From Methanobacteriota archaeon (lineage in GTDB: Archaea; Thermoplasmatota; Thermoplasmata; SG8-5; JAGLSY01): a stretch of 64,000 nt of DNA. The first letter of the stretch is position 1. The number at the start of each line of letters is the position of its first letter. Shown in pieces: positions 47,502 to 58,321 of this stretch. The notes under the pieces were generated by a model. It saw only the letters and a program-made list of their open reading frames with translations. It did no database searches and had not been told where the DNA came from. Position numbers and translations under genes: made by a program. Location of the stretch: NCBI GenBank assembly GCA_020696385.1, contig JAEHCQ010000007.1, positions 1 through 64,000 on the forward strand, in the 5' to 3' direction.

Positions 47502-48899
47502 TCAGAGTTTACTTGGTTTTTTATGCGCCGGATGATAGGCGGCGATGATCTTATTGTCGATCTTCGTAAGAGAAGCCTCGGGTATGTGGGATAAGAGATC
47601 CCAGCAAATATCCAGTGTCTCCTGGATCGGTCGGTCATCCTCATATCCCTGCCTGACCACCCTGTCCTCGAAGCCATCCGCGAAGTCCAGATATTTTCTA
47701 TCTGTCTCGGATAGAGCTTCCTTTCCGATGATGGACACCAGTGATCGCAGGTCCTTGCCGTTCGCATATACCGCGTAACACTGATCGGATACCGATTTGT
47801 GATCCTCACGCGTCATGCCCTTTCCGATACCGGAATCCATCAATCTTGACAAAGATCCAGATATATCGATCGGCGGGTAGATACCCTGCCTGTGCAGATC
47901 TCTTGAAACAATGATCTGGCCCTCGGTGATATACGCACTCAGGTCAGGTATCGGATGTGTGATATCATCATCCGGCATGGAAAGAATTGGTATCTGTGTG
48001 ATACTTCCCTTTCTTCCCTTTATCCTGCCAGCTCGTTCGTACATGGTGGCAAGATCAGTGTACATGTAACCCGGATATCCTCTCCTGCCAGGCACTTCTT
48101 CCCTGGCAGCTCCGATCTGCCTCAAGGCCTCGCAGTAATTCGTTATGTCTGTTAGAATGATAAGAACGTGCATGTCCAGGTCGAAAGCCAGGTATTCGGC
48201 TGCTGTCAATGCCATCTTCGGTGTGATCAATCTCTCAATGGTCGGATCATTGGCCAGGTTCAGGAACACGACCGATTTCTTGATCGCGCCAGTTCTCTCG
48301 AACTCCTTCATGAAATGCTGTGCTTCCTCATTGGTGATACCCATAGCTGCGAAGACCACGGCGAATTCCTCTACTTCGGCCAGCACCTTCGCGTTCTTGG
48401 CTATCTGAAGCGCGATGTCATTGTGCGGAAGACCGCTACCAGAGAAAATTGGAAGCTTCTGACCTCTCACCAGGGTGAACATACCATCGATGGTGGATAT
48501 GCCAGTCTGAATGAATTCCTTTGGTTTCTCACGAGCATATGGATTGATCGCGCCCACAATTATCTCTTTCTTTTCTTTGGGTATGATCGGTGGCCCGCCA
48601 TCCAGTGGTTGGCCAGCACCGTTCAGGATCCTGCCTATTATATCGGGTGAAACACCGAGCTTGACAGTCTCTCCAAGGAATTTCACAGTCGAATTCCTGT
48701 CGATACCGTCAGTACCCTCGAAGACCTGAACGACTACCAGGTCTTTTGAAGTATCAAGGACCTGACCTCTCTTTCTGCTTCCATCGGAGAGTGTGATGTC
48801 CACTATCTCGCCATATCCCACGTGCTCTGTTTTCTCGAGAAAGACCAGAGGTCCAGCGATCTCAGTTATCGTACGATATTCTTTTCTCATTTGGCTCAT
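47502..48899 (-). CDS. atpB: A-type ATP synthase subunit B
   Basis: [29 protein letters not shown]. Confidence 0.97.
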   Translation of the reverse strand: MSQMRKEYRTITEIAGPLVFLEKTEHVGYGEIVDITLSDGSRKRGQVLDTSKDLVVVQVFEGTDGIDRNSTVKFLGETVKLGVSPDIIGRILNGAGQPLDGGPPIIPKEKKEIIVGAINPYAREKPKEFIQTGISTIDGMFTLVRGQKLPIFSGSGLPHNDIALQIAKNAKVLAEVEEFAVVFAAMGITNEEAQHFMKEFERTGAIKKSVVFLNLANDPTIERLITPKMALTAAEYLAFDLDMHVLIILTDITNYCEALRQIGAAREEVPGRRGYPGYMYTDLATMYERAGRIKGRKGSITQIPILSMPDDDITHPIPDLSAYITEGQIIVSRDLHRQGIYPPIDISGSLSRLMDSGIGKGMTREDHKSVSDQCYAVYANGKDLRSLVSIIGKEALSETDRKYLDFADGFEDRVVRQGYEDDRPIQETLDICWDLLSHIPEASLTKIDNKIIAAYHPAHKKPSKL

Positions 48900-50674
48900 T
48901 TGGACACCTCCTTTTTAGAAGATGGTTCTGCATCTCCTCTCATGTCCGTGCATTCGCCCATCATGCAGTCCATCACCTTCTTCAATTCTGCATCGAACTC
49001 GGGTTCATATTTGACCTTCGCAAGATCGTCCTTGGACTTCATGGTCATGATTTTTGTAATTGGCACACCTACTGAAAGCAGATCCATTGAATCATCATTG
49101 AACTTCTTGATACAATTGATCAGATTCTCCTGTCTGGATGGCTTGCAGAATGTGTCCACATCGTGGAACGCGTTTTGTTGGAGGAAGTATTCTCTCAACA
49201 TCCTGGCCACCTCGAGCAACACACGCTGATCATCCGGTAATGCGTCGGCTCCAACGAGCTGAACAATCTCCTGAAGTTCAGCTTCTTTCTGGAGAACTCC
49301 CATTGCCCATTTGACCTTGCTGGACCAATCCGGGTCCACATTCTCACTGAACCATGGGTCCAGAGATTGGGAGTATAAACTGTATGAGTTCAGCCAGTTG
49401 ACAGCAGGGAAATGTCTTCTTTCCCTGAGCTTGGTGTCCAATGCCCAGAAGACCTTGACAATTCTCAATGTGGCCTGGGTAACAGGTTCGGAAAAATCCC
49501 CACCCTGTGGAGAAACAGCCCCGATAACAGATACCGAGCCTTCCTTTCCATTGAGACCACTCACACGGCCAGCTCTCTCATAGAAAGCGGATAATTTGGA
49601 TGACAGGTAAGCTGGATATCCTTCCTCCCCAGGCATTTCTTCCAGCCTGGATGATATCTCTCTCATTGCCTCGGCCCATCTTGATGTGGAATCGGCCATC
49701 AATGCAATATCGTAGCCCATATCACGATAATACTCGGCCATCGTGATGCCTGTATAAACTGAAGCCTCTCTTGCAGCCACTGGCATATTGGAGGTATTGG
49801 CTATCAGGATCGTCCTGTCCATAAGAGGCGCACCGGTCTGAGGGTCTTCCAATTCGGGGAATTCCTTCAGCACATCGGCCATCTCATTTCCTCTCTCACC
49901 ACAGCCGACATATACGACCATGTCCGCGTCACTCCACTTTGCCAGCTGGTGCTCGGTGACTGTCTTTCCAGTTCCGAATCCACCAGGGATAGCGGCTGTT
50001 CCACCCTTGGCTATCGGGAAGAAGGTGTCCAGAACTCTCTGGCCTGTAATAAGTGGTATATCAGGTGCGAGCTTTTCCACAATCGGGCGTGGGTTCCTGA
50101 CCGGCCAATTGTGATACATTTTCAATTTATCTCCACTGTCCAGTGTCGCGATTATCTCGTCAATATTGAAATCCCCACCCTTGATATCCGTGATAGTGCC
50201 AGATACTCCCGGGGGTACCATGATGTAATGCTTGATATTCTTGGATTCCTGAACCCAGCCAATGATCGAGTTCGATGATACTTTATCGCCCACATTGGCT
50301 GTTGGATTGAAGGTCCATATTTTTTCATGATCCAGACCAGGTACATTGACCCCTCTCTCAATGATATCTCCCATTTTCTCCTGAAGCACTTCCAGGGGTC
50401 TCTGGATTCCATCATATATACTTGTCAGAAGTCCGGGTCCAAGTTCCGCGGTCAATGGCTCGCCGGTATCAGTCACTGGCTCGCCAGGACGGATACCGGA
50501 AGTATCCTCATAGACCTGGATGATGCTCTTTTCTTTGATTATCTGGATAACCTCACCCATCAGCTTTTCCTCGCCGACGAATACCACATCAAACATCCTG
50601 GGTTCTATGCCAGTTACCGTGACCACAGGGCCTGCCACCCTGAATATCTCGCCTGTTTTTCCTTGTTCACTCAC
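48896..50674 (-). CDS. atpA: A-type ATP synthase subunit A (no intein)
   Basis: [28 protein letters not shown]; GTG start behind GGAGGA. Confidence 0.97.
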   Translation of the reverse strand: MSEQGKTGEIFRVAGPVVTVTGIEPRMFDVVFVGEEKLMGEVIQIIKEKSIIQVYEDTSGIRPGEPVTDTGEPLTAELGPGLLTSIYDGIQRPLEVLQEKMGDIIERGVNVPGLDHEKIWTFNPTANVGDKVSSNSIIGWVQESKNIKHYIMVPPGVSGTITDIKGGDFNIDEIIATLDSGDKLKMYHNWPVRNPRPIVEKLAPDIPLITGQRVLDTFFPIAKGGTAAIPGGFGTGKTVTEHQLAKWSDADMVVYVGCGERGNEMADVLKEFPELEDPQTGAPLMDRTILIANTSNMPVAAREASVYTGITMAEYYRDMGYDIALMADSTSRWAEAMREISSRLEEMPGEEGYPAYLSSKLSAFYERAGRVSGLNGKEGSVSVIGAVSPQGGDFSEPVTQATLRIVKVFWALDTKLRERRHFPAVNWLNSYSLYSQSLDPWFSENVDPDWSSKVKWAMGVLQKEAELQEIVQLVGADALPDDQRVLLEVARMLREYFLQQNAFHDVDTFCKPSRQENLINCIKKFNDDSMDLLSVGVPITKIMTMKSKDDLAKVKYEPEFDAELKKVMDCMMGECTDMRGDAEPSSKKEVSK

Positions 50675-50678
50675 AGTT

Positions 50679-50981
50679 TCATCCTCCTTTGAATAGATCA
50701 ATTCCAATGACTCTCTTTACTTTCTCTCTAAGGTCGCTCTCTTCTTCTCTGCCAACGGCAACAACGACCGGGCTGACGGATGCCAGGAATTTCCTTCTGG
50801 ACTCTTCCGACAGCGATTGAAGGGACGAGTTGTGGATCACCACGATGCCAACATCCTCGTCCTGCATTATCTCATTAAGCTTATTTTCGATCTCATCATC
50901 CTTCGAGACGTGGATCTTCCTTATCCCGACGAGCTGATAGCCCAGCACGAAATCATCTGTACCCAATACAGCCAATTCCAT
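50679..50981 (-). CDS. atpF: A-type ATP synthase subunit F
   Basis: [26 protein letters not shown]. Confidence 0.93.
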   Translation of the reverse strand: MELAVLGTDDFVLGYQLVGIRKIHVSKDDEIENKLNEIMQDEDVGIVVIHNSSLQSLSEESRRKFLASVSPVVVAVGREEESDLREKVKRVIGIDLFKGG

Positions 50982-51044
50982 TCAGACCATCTCCTGTAAA
51001 GATGATGAAGTTACATTGTAAAGGAAAATTATCAATATCATCAT
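50982..51044 (-). CDS. Candidate bridging micro-ORF, 20 aa (MMILIIFLYNVTSSSLQEMV)
   Basis: ATGA overlap with the atpC stop; TGA directly abuts the atpF ATG. Confidence 0.45.
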   Translation of the reverse strand: MMILIIFLYNVTSSSLQEMV

Positions 51045-52138
51045 ACCACCAATAATCCTCTAATTGTGTCGATGTCCAGACCACTTTCCTTGCCCCTTGC
51101 GATTATCCGTAAGTTATCAACCTCTATCTTCTTCAAGATCAGATAGTTGAGAATGGGAAGCACGGATAATGGATACACCTTGGCGAATTTGTCCGCCTGC
51201 TTGAGCAAGTGTTTTTCCGCCTGCCTGGTCATCTCGTTCAATGTCATTTTCTCCTCTACGTGTTCAGAGGCTTCAGCGATGTCTTCATAGAAGGAGAACC
51301 TTTGAAGTTCTCCTATGAACTGGGAATAAGAAGTGGAAGCCAGCAATGCCTTCAAGCCAACATCCTTCAGCTCCCCACCGCCCGGGATCATATACTGCTC
51401 GGGATCATTGATACCTTTATCGTGCAATATCAGATCGAACTTTATCTTCATAAGGGTCGTCAGGTTCTCGATGTCGATCTCTTTCTTTATGAAGTTCAGG
51501 AAAAGGGCCGTGGAACGTGATTTGACCTCGGATGCCGATGCGATGAGCGTGGCATAATAGGCCTTGTCGATCTCGTTCTCAAAGGTTATCAGAGTGGTTA
51601 TGGTCGCTGATTCCCCAATATTCCGCAGGGCCTTCTCAAGCGAATGGTGATACGGCGTGCCTTTCAGACCGCCTATGACCTCGGGGATCGAGCTCATTCT
51701 TGCCAGTTCCTCCAGTTTCGCCACTTTCATGATACCACTGGGGGTCAGCTCCTTAATGATCTCTTCAGCATCCGCCTTGTGGAATTTGCCTCTGATGATC
51801 GTCTTGATATTCCATACATCCACCTTTCCAAGATAATGAGAGACCAGTGCCTTCAATTGTCCTTCACAGAAGGTCATGATCTGATTGTATGTCTTGGCCA
51901 GGTTGGCATTGGTCGCCCTCTCGACAAGATCAGCTCCCGAGAAATCAGATGATAGTTCCTCGATCTCTGTCTTGTACTGGCTCTCACCAATATACCTGGA
52001 TATCCCTGGATTGTCCATGACCGATAGCCTGAGGTATTCATCCTTGTGAATAAGGAAACGCCTCTTGGCTCTCACCCTTGTACAGGCATAGGGATAGTTA
52101 CTGGATGCACGACTGAACTTCAAACTTTTCACCCTCAC
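51041..52138 (-). CDS. atpC: A-type ATP synthase subunit C
   Basis: NYPYACTRVRA, DVWNIKTIIRG, EVDNLRIIARGK. Confidence 0.93.
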   Translation of the reverse strand: MRVKSLKFSRASSNYPYACTRVRAKRRFLIHKDEYLRLSVMDNPGISRYIGESQYKTEIEELSSDFSGADLVERATNANLAKTYNQIMTFCEGQLKALVSHYLGKVDVWNIKTIIRGKFHKADAEEIIKELTPSGIMKVAKLEELARMSSIPEVIGGLKGTPYHHSLEKALRNIGESATITTLITFENEIDKAYYATLIASASEVKSRSTALFLNFIKKEIDIENLTTLMKIKFDLILHDKGINDPEQYMIPGGGELKDVGLKALLASTSYSQFIGELQRFSFYEDIAEASEHVEEKMTLNEMTRQAEKHLLKQADKFAKVYPLSVLPILNYLILKKIEVDNLRIIARGKESGLDIDTIRGLLVV

Positions 52139-52695
52139 TTGAATAGAATGTCAGCGACCTGGCCGATATTCTCCGTCCATAGTTCCTCAAGAAGCATCTC
52201 GTAAGTCAGGTTCAGCCTTTGAGTTCTGTCTGAACTCTCGATGATAATTCCGCCGGAGCATTTTATGGTTCCAGCAAATTTATACTGGGATGCCATTTTC
52301 TTCACGGCAGCGGAATCCTCATCATTGGAATACACGGAACCACTTGGAATTATCTGGGCAGCCTGCTTTATCAGGCCATTCAGGATCTGCTCCTTCTTTG
52401 GTGTCGAAGCTGCTATCAGATCCTGGAAGGTCTTTTCTTTGACCTCATCCAGTATCTGCTTTTCAGCCGTGAGCCGATTTCTTCGACCCTCGACCTCTGC
52501 GGATGACATCTCCTGCTCCTTGTTCAGTTTGATCTGCTTCTCAGCCCTTTCACGAGCCTGGCTTACCAGTACTTTAGCATCGTTCTCAGCCTTCTTGATT
52601 ATCTGAAGTGTCTCCTGTCCGCCCTGTTTCACGATCATGTTGGACTCGCGTTGACCCTTCTCGATCACCTTTTTTGCGACTTCGTCTAAGCTCAT
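52135..52695 (-). CDS. atpE: A-type ATP synthase subunit E
   Basis: N-terminal coiled coil, GGIIIES, operon position. Confidence 0.9.
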   Translation of the reverse strand: MSLDEVAKKVIEKGQRESNMIVKQGGQETLQIIKKAENDAKVLVSQARERAEKQIKLNKEQEMSSAEVEGRRNRLTAEKQILDEVKEKTFQDLIAASTPKKEQILNGLIKQAAQIIPSGSVYSNDEDSAAVKKMASQYKFAGTIKCSGGIIIESSDRTQRLNLTYEMLLEELWTENIGQVADILFK

Positions 52696-52719
52696 CTGCT
52701 AACCTCTTTCAATCTTCAT

Positions 52720-53049
52720 TCAACTGCCGATGATCATAAAGGCGATAAGCAGACCGAAGATAACTATCGTCTCTGGAATAACTGTCATAAGCAATCCCTT
52801 ACCGAACATCTTTGGGTCCTCTGCCATGGCTCCCACGGCTGCGGCTCCAATAGATGCCTCTCCAATTCCTGCTCCTACACCGGACAATCCTACGGCCAGG
52901 CCTGCTCCTATGAGCTTGAGGCCCACACCAGCGGGATTCGCTTCTTCTGTGGTCTCTACATGATCCTGAGCTGCTACCAGTCCCACGATCACAGACATGG
53001 CGACAAATAAGACGCCAAATACCATCATTATGTTCACAATCTTTCCCAT
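52720..53049 (-). CDS. atpK: A-type ATP synthase subunit K (c)
   Basis: GAGLAVGLSGVGAGIGE, IPETIVIFG. Confidence 0.93.
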   Translation of the reverse strand: MGKIVNIMMVFGVLFVAMSVIVGLVAAQDHVETTEEANPAGVGLKLIGAGLAVGLSGVGAGIGEASIGAAAVGAMAEDPKMFGKGLLMTVIPETIVIFGLLIAFMIIGS

Positions 53050-53062
53050 TCTTAATTCCTCC

Positions 53063-55054
53063 TTAATGCTCTATAGTATATTTTCTCCTTTTACCAAAGG
53101 GTGTGTATCTGTGTCCATCACCCTCATAAAATTTAGTAAAGAACTCGACATAATGCAACCTTAAAGAATGCAGTGTCGGTCCTATCAGTCCCAATATGAC
53201 ATTTATGAAATGCCCCATGAAGAATATCGCGGCAGCCATCACTATCCCAAATCCACCAGCATCCCACTGCTCTATTGCCATATTATTGAAAGCAATGGCA
53301 ATTCCTGCAGATGAAGCACCGATGGCAAATAGCCTGGTGTATGACAGGGTGTTACTCAGCCACATGGTTGGCAATTCGATAAGCCCAGTCATTCCCTCGC
53401 CCTTGATGACCATTATCATGCCTATGACTATCATGGCTATGGATATGTAGATCATGGTATCGCTGTTCGGTAATGCCCATCCTCTCATCATGATCGGTAC
53501 GACATAAATTGAAAGCATCCAAGCGCCCGTTAAAGCAATGACCCATCCACCTTTCTCCATGATGGCTTCTTTAATTCCATGTGCGACAGTCACATTCCTG
53601 AATCCCAGGAACCATGCTATGTACAGATGGAACATACCGATCATACTAGTCAGAACGAGCATGAGTTCGATCTCATGCACCCTATGAAGTGGGAATGTGA
53701 CTTCGATACCATACAGGATCTTGAAGAGAGCATACTGGCCATATTCAATATCTGGTAATCCCCATTGCATCAGTAATCCTTGAGCACCATGATAATTATA
53801 AAGCTCGAAGCCAAAGAACTCTCCGTAATAGAATCCAAATATAACAGATGATATGGAAGACCATATCAATATTCGATTGAGCTGTGGGCCTACCGTATCC
53901 ATGGCGAACATATTGAATATCTTGTCAGTTGTCTTGCTAAGCACAAGTGCTAGAACAATAATTCCATAGGCCACATCACCAAGCATGAACCCGAAGAATA
54001 TCGGGAAGAAGATGGCGACCAGCAATGTCGGGTCGATCTCCTTGGCCTGTGGATTTGAATAAGCATCTATCATTGGCTGGAACTGTCTTGGAGGATCGCG
54101 GTTCTTCATAAGGACCGGAGCCTCATCACCAGTGGATTCAACTTCCTCCACCACGACATGTCCAGATGTCACCTTGTCGATGGATACCTTAACCTCATGC
54201 ACCCTCGTGGTAGGTACCCAGCCTTCCAGTATGAAGAATTCACTGGTCGTCGCACAGTGCAATGGCATCTCCGCGATGTCCAGTTTATTTGATAAGAATT
54301 CCTCTGCAGCCAAGAGAGAGTTACCATGCTTCATCTTGTGATCCTCCACCTTTGCAGATATCTCCAAGGCTCTTTTCTCAAGCTTGGAGCTTTCTTCTGA
54401 ATTGGATTTCTTCACCTGTGCCAATGTGCCCTTGAAACTTGGAAGATCCATATGCTCGAAATTGGCTATCTCCAGGAGCTCCTTGACACGTTCTTCATTT
54501 GCCAGAGGGCAGTGTATGACGGATGTCCACAATTTGTGCTTCTTGTTCGTGGCTATCTTGCATTCGCCAGCCATCTTGCCCAAAGCTTCTGATGGCGACA
54601 TCTTCAGCTTACCGCTGAACACAACGACGCTGGAAACATCCAGTCTGATATCCTGTGGAAGCTCATCGAGCTGTGATAATAATTCAGTATCCCTTCTGAT
54701 CTCCTCGATCCTTGAATCGACCGAGGTCTTCTCCTTGACCAGGGTAGTTACTTCTTTATCCACCTTTTCGAGGGAGGTGTTGACCCAATTTTCGACATTG
54801 GACACATCTTCCTTCTTGCTGGAAGTGTAATTATCGATATCCAGAGCGCCTATCAGACTTTTTGTCCTGACGATCTTCCTTGAGACATCAGATGCCTCGG
54901 GAAGTGCCTCACCGATCCTCAATCCGCCCTTCTCCTCTGTGAAATCCTTGATATGAATGACATTCTTTTCATGAAGAGTGGTAATGGCAGAACGCATATG
55001 CTCCTTAGAGCCAGTGATCACGACCTTCGCCATGTTTGCTGTTTTAAGCCCCAT
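53063..55054 (-). CDS. atpI: A-type ATP synthase subunit I (a)
   Basis: EIDPT, FGFMLGDVAYG, LSYTRL, HSLRLHYVEFFTKFY. Confidence 0.95.
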   Translation of the reverse strand: MGLKTANMAKVVITGSKEHMRSAITTLHEKNVIHIKDFTEEKGGLRIGEALPEASDVSRKIVRTKSLIGALDIDNYTSSKKEDVSNVENWVNTSLEKVDKEVTTLVKEKTSVDSRIEEIRRDTELLSQLDELPQDIRLDVSSVVVFSGKLKMSPSEALGKMAGECKIATNKKHKLWTSVIHCPLANEERVKELLEIANFEHMDLPSFKGTLAQVKKSNSEESSKLEKRALEISAKVEDHKMKHGNSLLAAEEFLSNKLDIAEMPLHCATTSEFFILEGWVPTTRVHEVKVSIDKVTSGHVVVEEVESTGDEAPVLMKNRDPPRQFQPMIDAYSNPQAKEIDPTLLVAIFFPIFFGFMLGDVAYGIIVLALVLSKTTDKIFNMFAMDTVGPQLNRILIWSSISSVIFGFYYGEFFGFELYNYHGAQGLLMQWGLPDIEYGQYALFKILYGIEVTFPLHRVHEIELMLVLTSMIGMFHLYIAWFLGFRNVTVAHGIKEAIMEKGGWVIALTGAWMLSIYVVPIMMRGWALPNSDTMIYISIAMIVIGMIMVIKGEGMTGLIELPTMWLSNTLSYTRLFAIGASSAGIAIAFNNMAIEQWDAGGFGIVMAAAIFFMGHFINVILGLIGPTLHSLRLHYVEFFTKFYEGDGHRYTPFGKRRKYTIEH

Positions 55055-55373
55055 TTGCCTTCCTCTCAAATTCTTGGATCAAAAAGATCTTCGCCTGCTC
55101 GATATTGGTATCGGCCTGCTCCCTCATTGCCTCGATCTGGTTATTGGATCGTGCCTGCAGTATCTCTTTTTCCTGTGAGATCTCTGCAATTGACTTGTTA
55201 AGCATATTGTCATAGAGCACTTTTGATCTGGTCTGTCCTTCATTTATCTTGGCCAGGGCATCATTCCTTGCTTTTGCAAGGTTATTCTCTTTCCGCTGGA
55301 GGGCTGAGCTCTTTAGCTTTTCAGCTTTCTCCTCTGCGTCCTTTATCACATTCAAAATATCTGCTTTTTTCAT
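55044..55373 (-). CDS. atpH: A-type ATP synthase subunit H (G-like peripheral stalk)
   Basis: IKDAEEKAE coiled coil; first gene of the operon. Confidence 0.8.
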   Translation of the reverse strand: MKKADILNVIKDAEEKAEKLKSSALQRKENNLAKARNDALAKINEGQTRSKVLYDNMLNKSIAEISQEKEILQARSNNQIEAMREQADTNIEQAKIFLIQEFERKANGA

Positions 55374-55725
55374 GGCAGTCACCGCTGTCAATGATGGTAG
55401 ATTTGGAGAGGATAAAACACTCATTTATATTAACCCTTATGGCTGAAATGTTAATAATTGTACACAATATTACACTAATATTAACTTAGTTAATACACTG
55501 CGATAACAACAATGTTCAAAATATGCCAGTAATCACCAACCATAATGGCATAACAACATGACATCGCGAACATACCTGACACTATCCTCGGCTATGGTTG
55601 TTAGGTTTTATATATTACATAAAAAAGTCGCGAGGGCTCATGGACATGAATTTGAGATGCATCTTCAGACTTCCGTCCTTATATCTCAAAGGAGAAGTAT
55701 TTTATAATCAATAATAGATGAGAAA

Positions 55726-56541
55726 TTGATGGAGATCAATGAGATCAAGAGTAAACTTGGAAGATTGGGCATCAAGCCTTCCAAGAGATTCAGCCAGAAC
55801 TTTCTGATAAGCGAGGATATCGCTCGAAGGCAAGTGGAAGCTGCTGGCATTGAGGATGGCGATAGGGTTCTGGAGATCGGACCTGGACTTGGCATCCTTT
55901 CAAGGCACATACTGGATAAGACAAAAAATGTCCAGTTCATTGAAAAGGATCCTCATCTGGCAGGTTTTATCAAAGAAGAATATTCAGCGGATGTGATAAG
56001 CGGAGATGCACTGGAAGCTGATCTTTCCGGGTTCGATGTGGTAATAGCCAATCTGCCCTATCATATATCATCGGAGATCACCGTGAAATTGCTTGAGGCG
56101 GGCTTCAGAACTGCCATCCTGATGTTCCAGAAAGAGTTCGCAGTACATCTCACAGCCAACTCCGGAAGTCGAGATTATTCCCGCATCACGGTATTCAGAG
56201 AATTCTACTCGGATGCCGAGATCATCATGGATGTTCCGAAGACCTATTATTACCCGGTGCCAAAGGTTGATTCTTGCATCGTGAAACTGGAAGGCCATGA
56301 GCCACCCTTCCAGCCCAGGGACATCGATCATTTCTTCAAGATCGTGAGGATAATATTCTCTCACAAGAAGCGCACTGTCAGGAATGCATTGCTTTCAGAA
56401 ACAGGTGTTCTGGGCACTACCAAGCAAGATATCAAACCCCATCTCATGGATCTTCCATTCGCAGATGAGAGGGCATTCAACCTGTCTCCTGATAAGATAT
56501 ACGATATCTCCGAATATGTATATGGAATATTGAAAGAATAG
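55726..56541 (+). CDS. rsmA: 16S rRNA dimethyladenosine transferase
   Basis: SQNFL, VLEIGPGLG, ANLPYHIS, PVPKVDS. Confidence 0.95.
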   Translation: MMEINEIKSKLGRLGIKPSKRFSQNFLISEDIARRQVEAAGIEDGDRVLEIGPGLGILSRHILDKTKNVQFIEKDPHLAGFIKEEYSADVISGDALEADLSGFDVVIANLPYHISSEITVKLLEAGFRTAILMFQKEFAVHLTANSGSRDYSRITVFREFYSDAEIIMDVPKTYYYPVPKVDSCIVKLEGHEPPFQPRDIDHFFKIVRIIFSHKKRTVRNALLSETGVLGTTKQDIKPHLMDLPFADERAFNLSPDKIYDISEYVYGILKE

Positions 56542-56559
56542 ATCGATCATCGGATGTAT

Positions 56560-56630
56560 CATATCAATAGTTCATATCAATAGTTCATATCAATAGTTCA
56601 TATCAATAGTTCATATCAATAGTTCATATC
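56560..56630. repeat. Perfect tandem repeat CATATCAATAGTT x5.5
   Basis: 13-bp units start at 56560, 56573, 56586, 56599 and 56612, followed by CATATC. Confidence 0.95.
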
Positions 56631-56673
56631 TTGATTGGCATATCAAGATCGACATATTGATAATTCGGAAATA

Positions 56674-57312
56674 TCAGCGTTTCTCAAAATAGGTCTCGAT
56701 TATCTTCTTCTGACCCCGCCTCAATATCTCCGAAAGGGTGGCAGTCGATACTTCAAACATATCAGCCAGCTCTTTCACACCAATGCGCTTTGGAAAGTCA
56801 TAATATCCGCGATCATAAGCGGTCTTGACTATCTTCTCCTGGCGATCTGTGAGCAAATCATCATCCTTGATGCTTGTCAATTTGATCAGCTTTGGCTGGG
56901 CATCGTGTTTGTCCAGCTCGGCAACAAGATTCTTCAGTTTTTCCCTGTCACCAGCCAACATGGTCCATTCGACCCGATCATCCTGGGTTGTGACCGAAGA
57001 TATGAGGAAACAATCACATTGTAAAAGAGCCTTGCAGCCATAGCACATCTTTGTCTTGACAATGCCCAGTGCCTTGCTGGAGTCCACATGGTCGATGTTC
57101 ACTTCTCCCACTTCATCTATACCCTCAATGAATTTCTTTACCTCTTCTATATCCGCACCATTGAGCTTGATCTCCACCAGATCTTGAACACCGTCTTTTC
57201 CAAATGGAATTATATCCAATATCCTGACCTCGATGGGAAATCTCTTGACAACCTCGGTGTGCCAGATACCATATAGCTTAATTGAAAGAACTGCTTCGAT
57301 CATGTTTCTCAC
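56674..57312 (-). CDS. HTH-10 (Bat-like) transcriptional regulator
   Basis: LTDRQEKIVKTAYDRGYYDFPKR...STATLSEILRRG. Confidence 0.9.
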   Translation of the reverse strand: MRNMIEAVLSIKLYGIWHTEVVKRFPIEVRILDIIPFGKDGVQDLVEIKLNGADIEEVKKFIEGIDEVGEVNIDHVDSSKALGIVKTKMCYGCKALLQCDCFLISSVTTQDDRVEWTMLAGDREKLKNLVAELDKHDAQPKLIKLTSIKDDDLLTDRQEKIVKTAYDRGYYDFPKRIGVKELADMFEVSTATLSEILRRGQKKIIETYFEKR

Positions 57313-57457
57313 TTACTCCCGCGGCTCAAAAGGTAATCATTATATATAATCCTTAACTATAGCATTTATTAGAGATTGTCACATCTCATGCAATCGAAAG
57401 GGTTAATAACAAAATGCAATTATACCCGGAGATATCCTTCATTGGTGGGACTCATAC

Positions 57458-58321
57458 ATGCAGAAGAAAAATCGTTCTGAACAAGACAGTGCAGAAGAAA
57501 AATACAGCGCCCTAGTGGAAAAAAGGAATGAACTCAATACACAGGCTAGAGAATTTGCTGAAGCAAGGAATACTTTGAACGCAGAGCGAAGGCGCATTTT
57601 GGACGAGTCCAAGGAACTGAGAGATGAGCGCAAAAAAGCTGTAGACAAGATGCGCGAGCACAAAAAGAGAAGAAATCATTTCCAGGAGAAGGGAAAGGCT
57701 CTCATTGAAAAGAAGAAGAAAAGCAAAGGGAAGATCCCAGAAGGCTTAAACAAGGAGATCGCAACAACCAGGGCCGATGTCAGGAGTCTGGATCACAAAC
57801 AACAAACAGTACCCATGACTGTCCAGGAAGAGAATGTTCTTCTTGACGAAATGAAGATCAAGATGAAGAACCTCAAAGACCTGGAGGTCGTTAAAGAGGA
57901 AGAAGACTCGATCATGGATGATGTCAAAAAGACCGACCTTTCGATCAATGAACTTTTTGAACTGGCTGATGAGGAGCACAAGAAAGTTGTCGAATACTCC
58001 AATATAGCCAATGAGGCTCATGAGAAGATCAGTAACACGATGAAATCAATTTCTCATCTGATTTCTGAAGCGAACAAGAATCACGAAGCATATGTGGTCA
58101 TGAAGGAAAAAGCAGATGGCTTCCATCAGAAGGCCATGGAAATGCGCAAGAAGCTCATGGCCCTTAAAAACGAGAAGAGAGAGGAAGTCAGAGCTGGAAG
58201 GAAACAGGTAACAGACCACAATAAAGATGTCAAGAAATACCTTGGCGATGAAAAAGACCTGGATAAAGCAGCGGATGATGCCCTACAACAGCTTCTTAAG
58301 AAAGGCAAGGTAGAGATTTAA
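57458..58321 (+). CDS. Archaeal coiled-coil protein (COG1340-like)
   Basis: Charged heptads, QQTVPMT..EE, ADEEHKKV. Confidence 0.75.
   Translation: MQKKNRSEQDSAEEKYSALVEKRNELNTQAREFAEARNTLNAERRRILDESKELRDERKKAVDKMREHKKRRNHFQEKGKALIEKKKKSKGKIPEGLNKEIATTRADVRSLDHKQQTVPMTVQEENVLLDEMKIKMKNLKDLEVVKEEEDSIMDDVKKTDLSINELFELADEEHKKVVEYSNIANEAHEKISNTMKSISHLISEANKNHEAYVVMKEKADGFHQKAMEMRKKLMALKNEKREEVRAGRKQVTDHNKDVKKYLGDEKDLDKAADDALQQLLKKGKVEI

Noticed and set aside
50671-50682. MKL micro-ORF between atpF and atpA
   Set aside because: The gap is only 4 nt; trivially expected.
52699-52701. In-frame TAG before atpE as pyrrolysine readthrough
   Set aside because: No pyl genes in the window, and atpE has its own SD and ATG.
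56560-56630. CRISPR array
   Set aside because: 13-bp units with no spacers and no cas genes.
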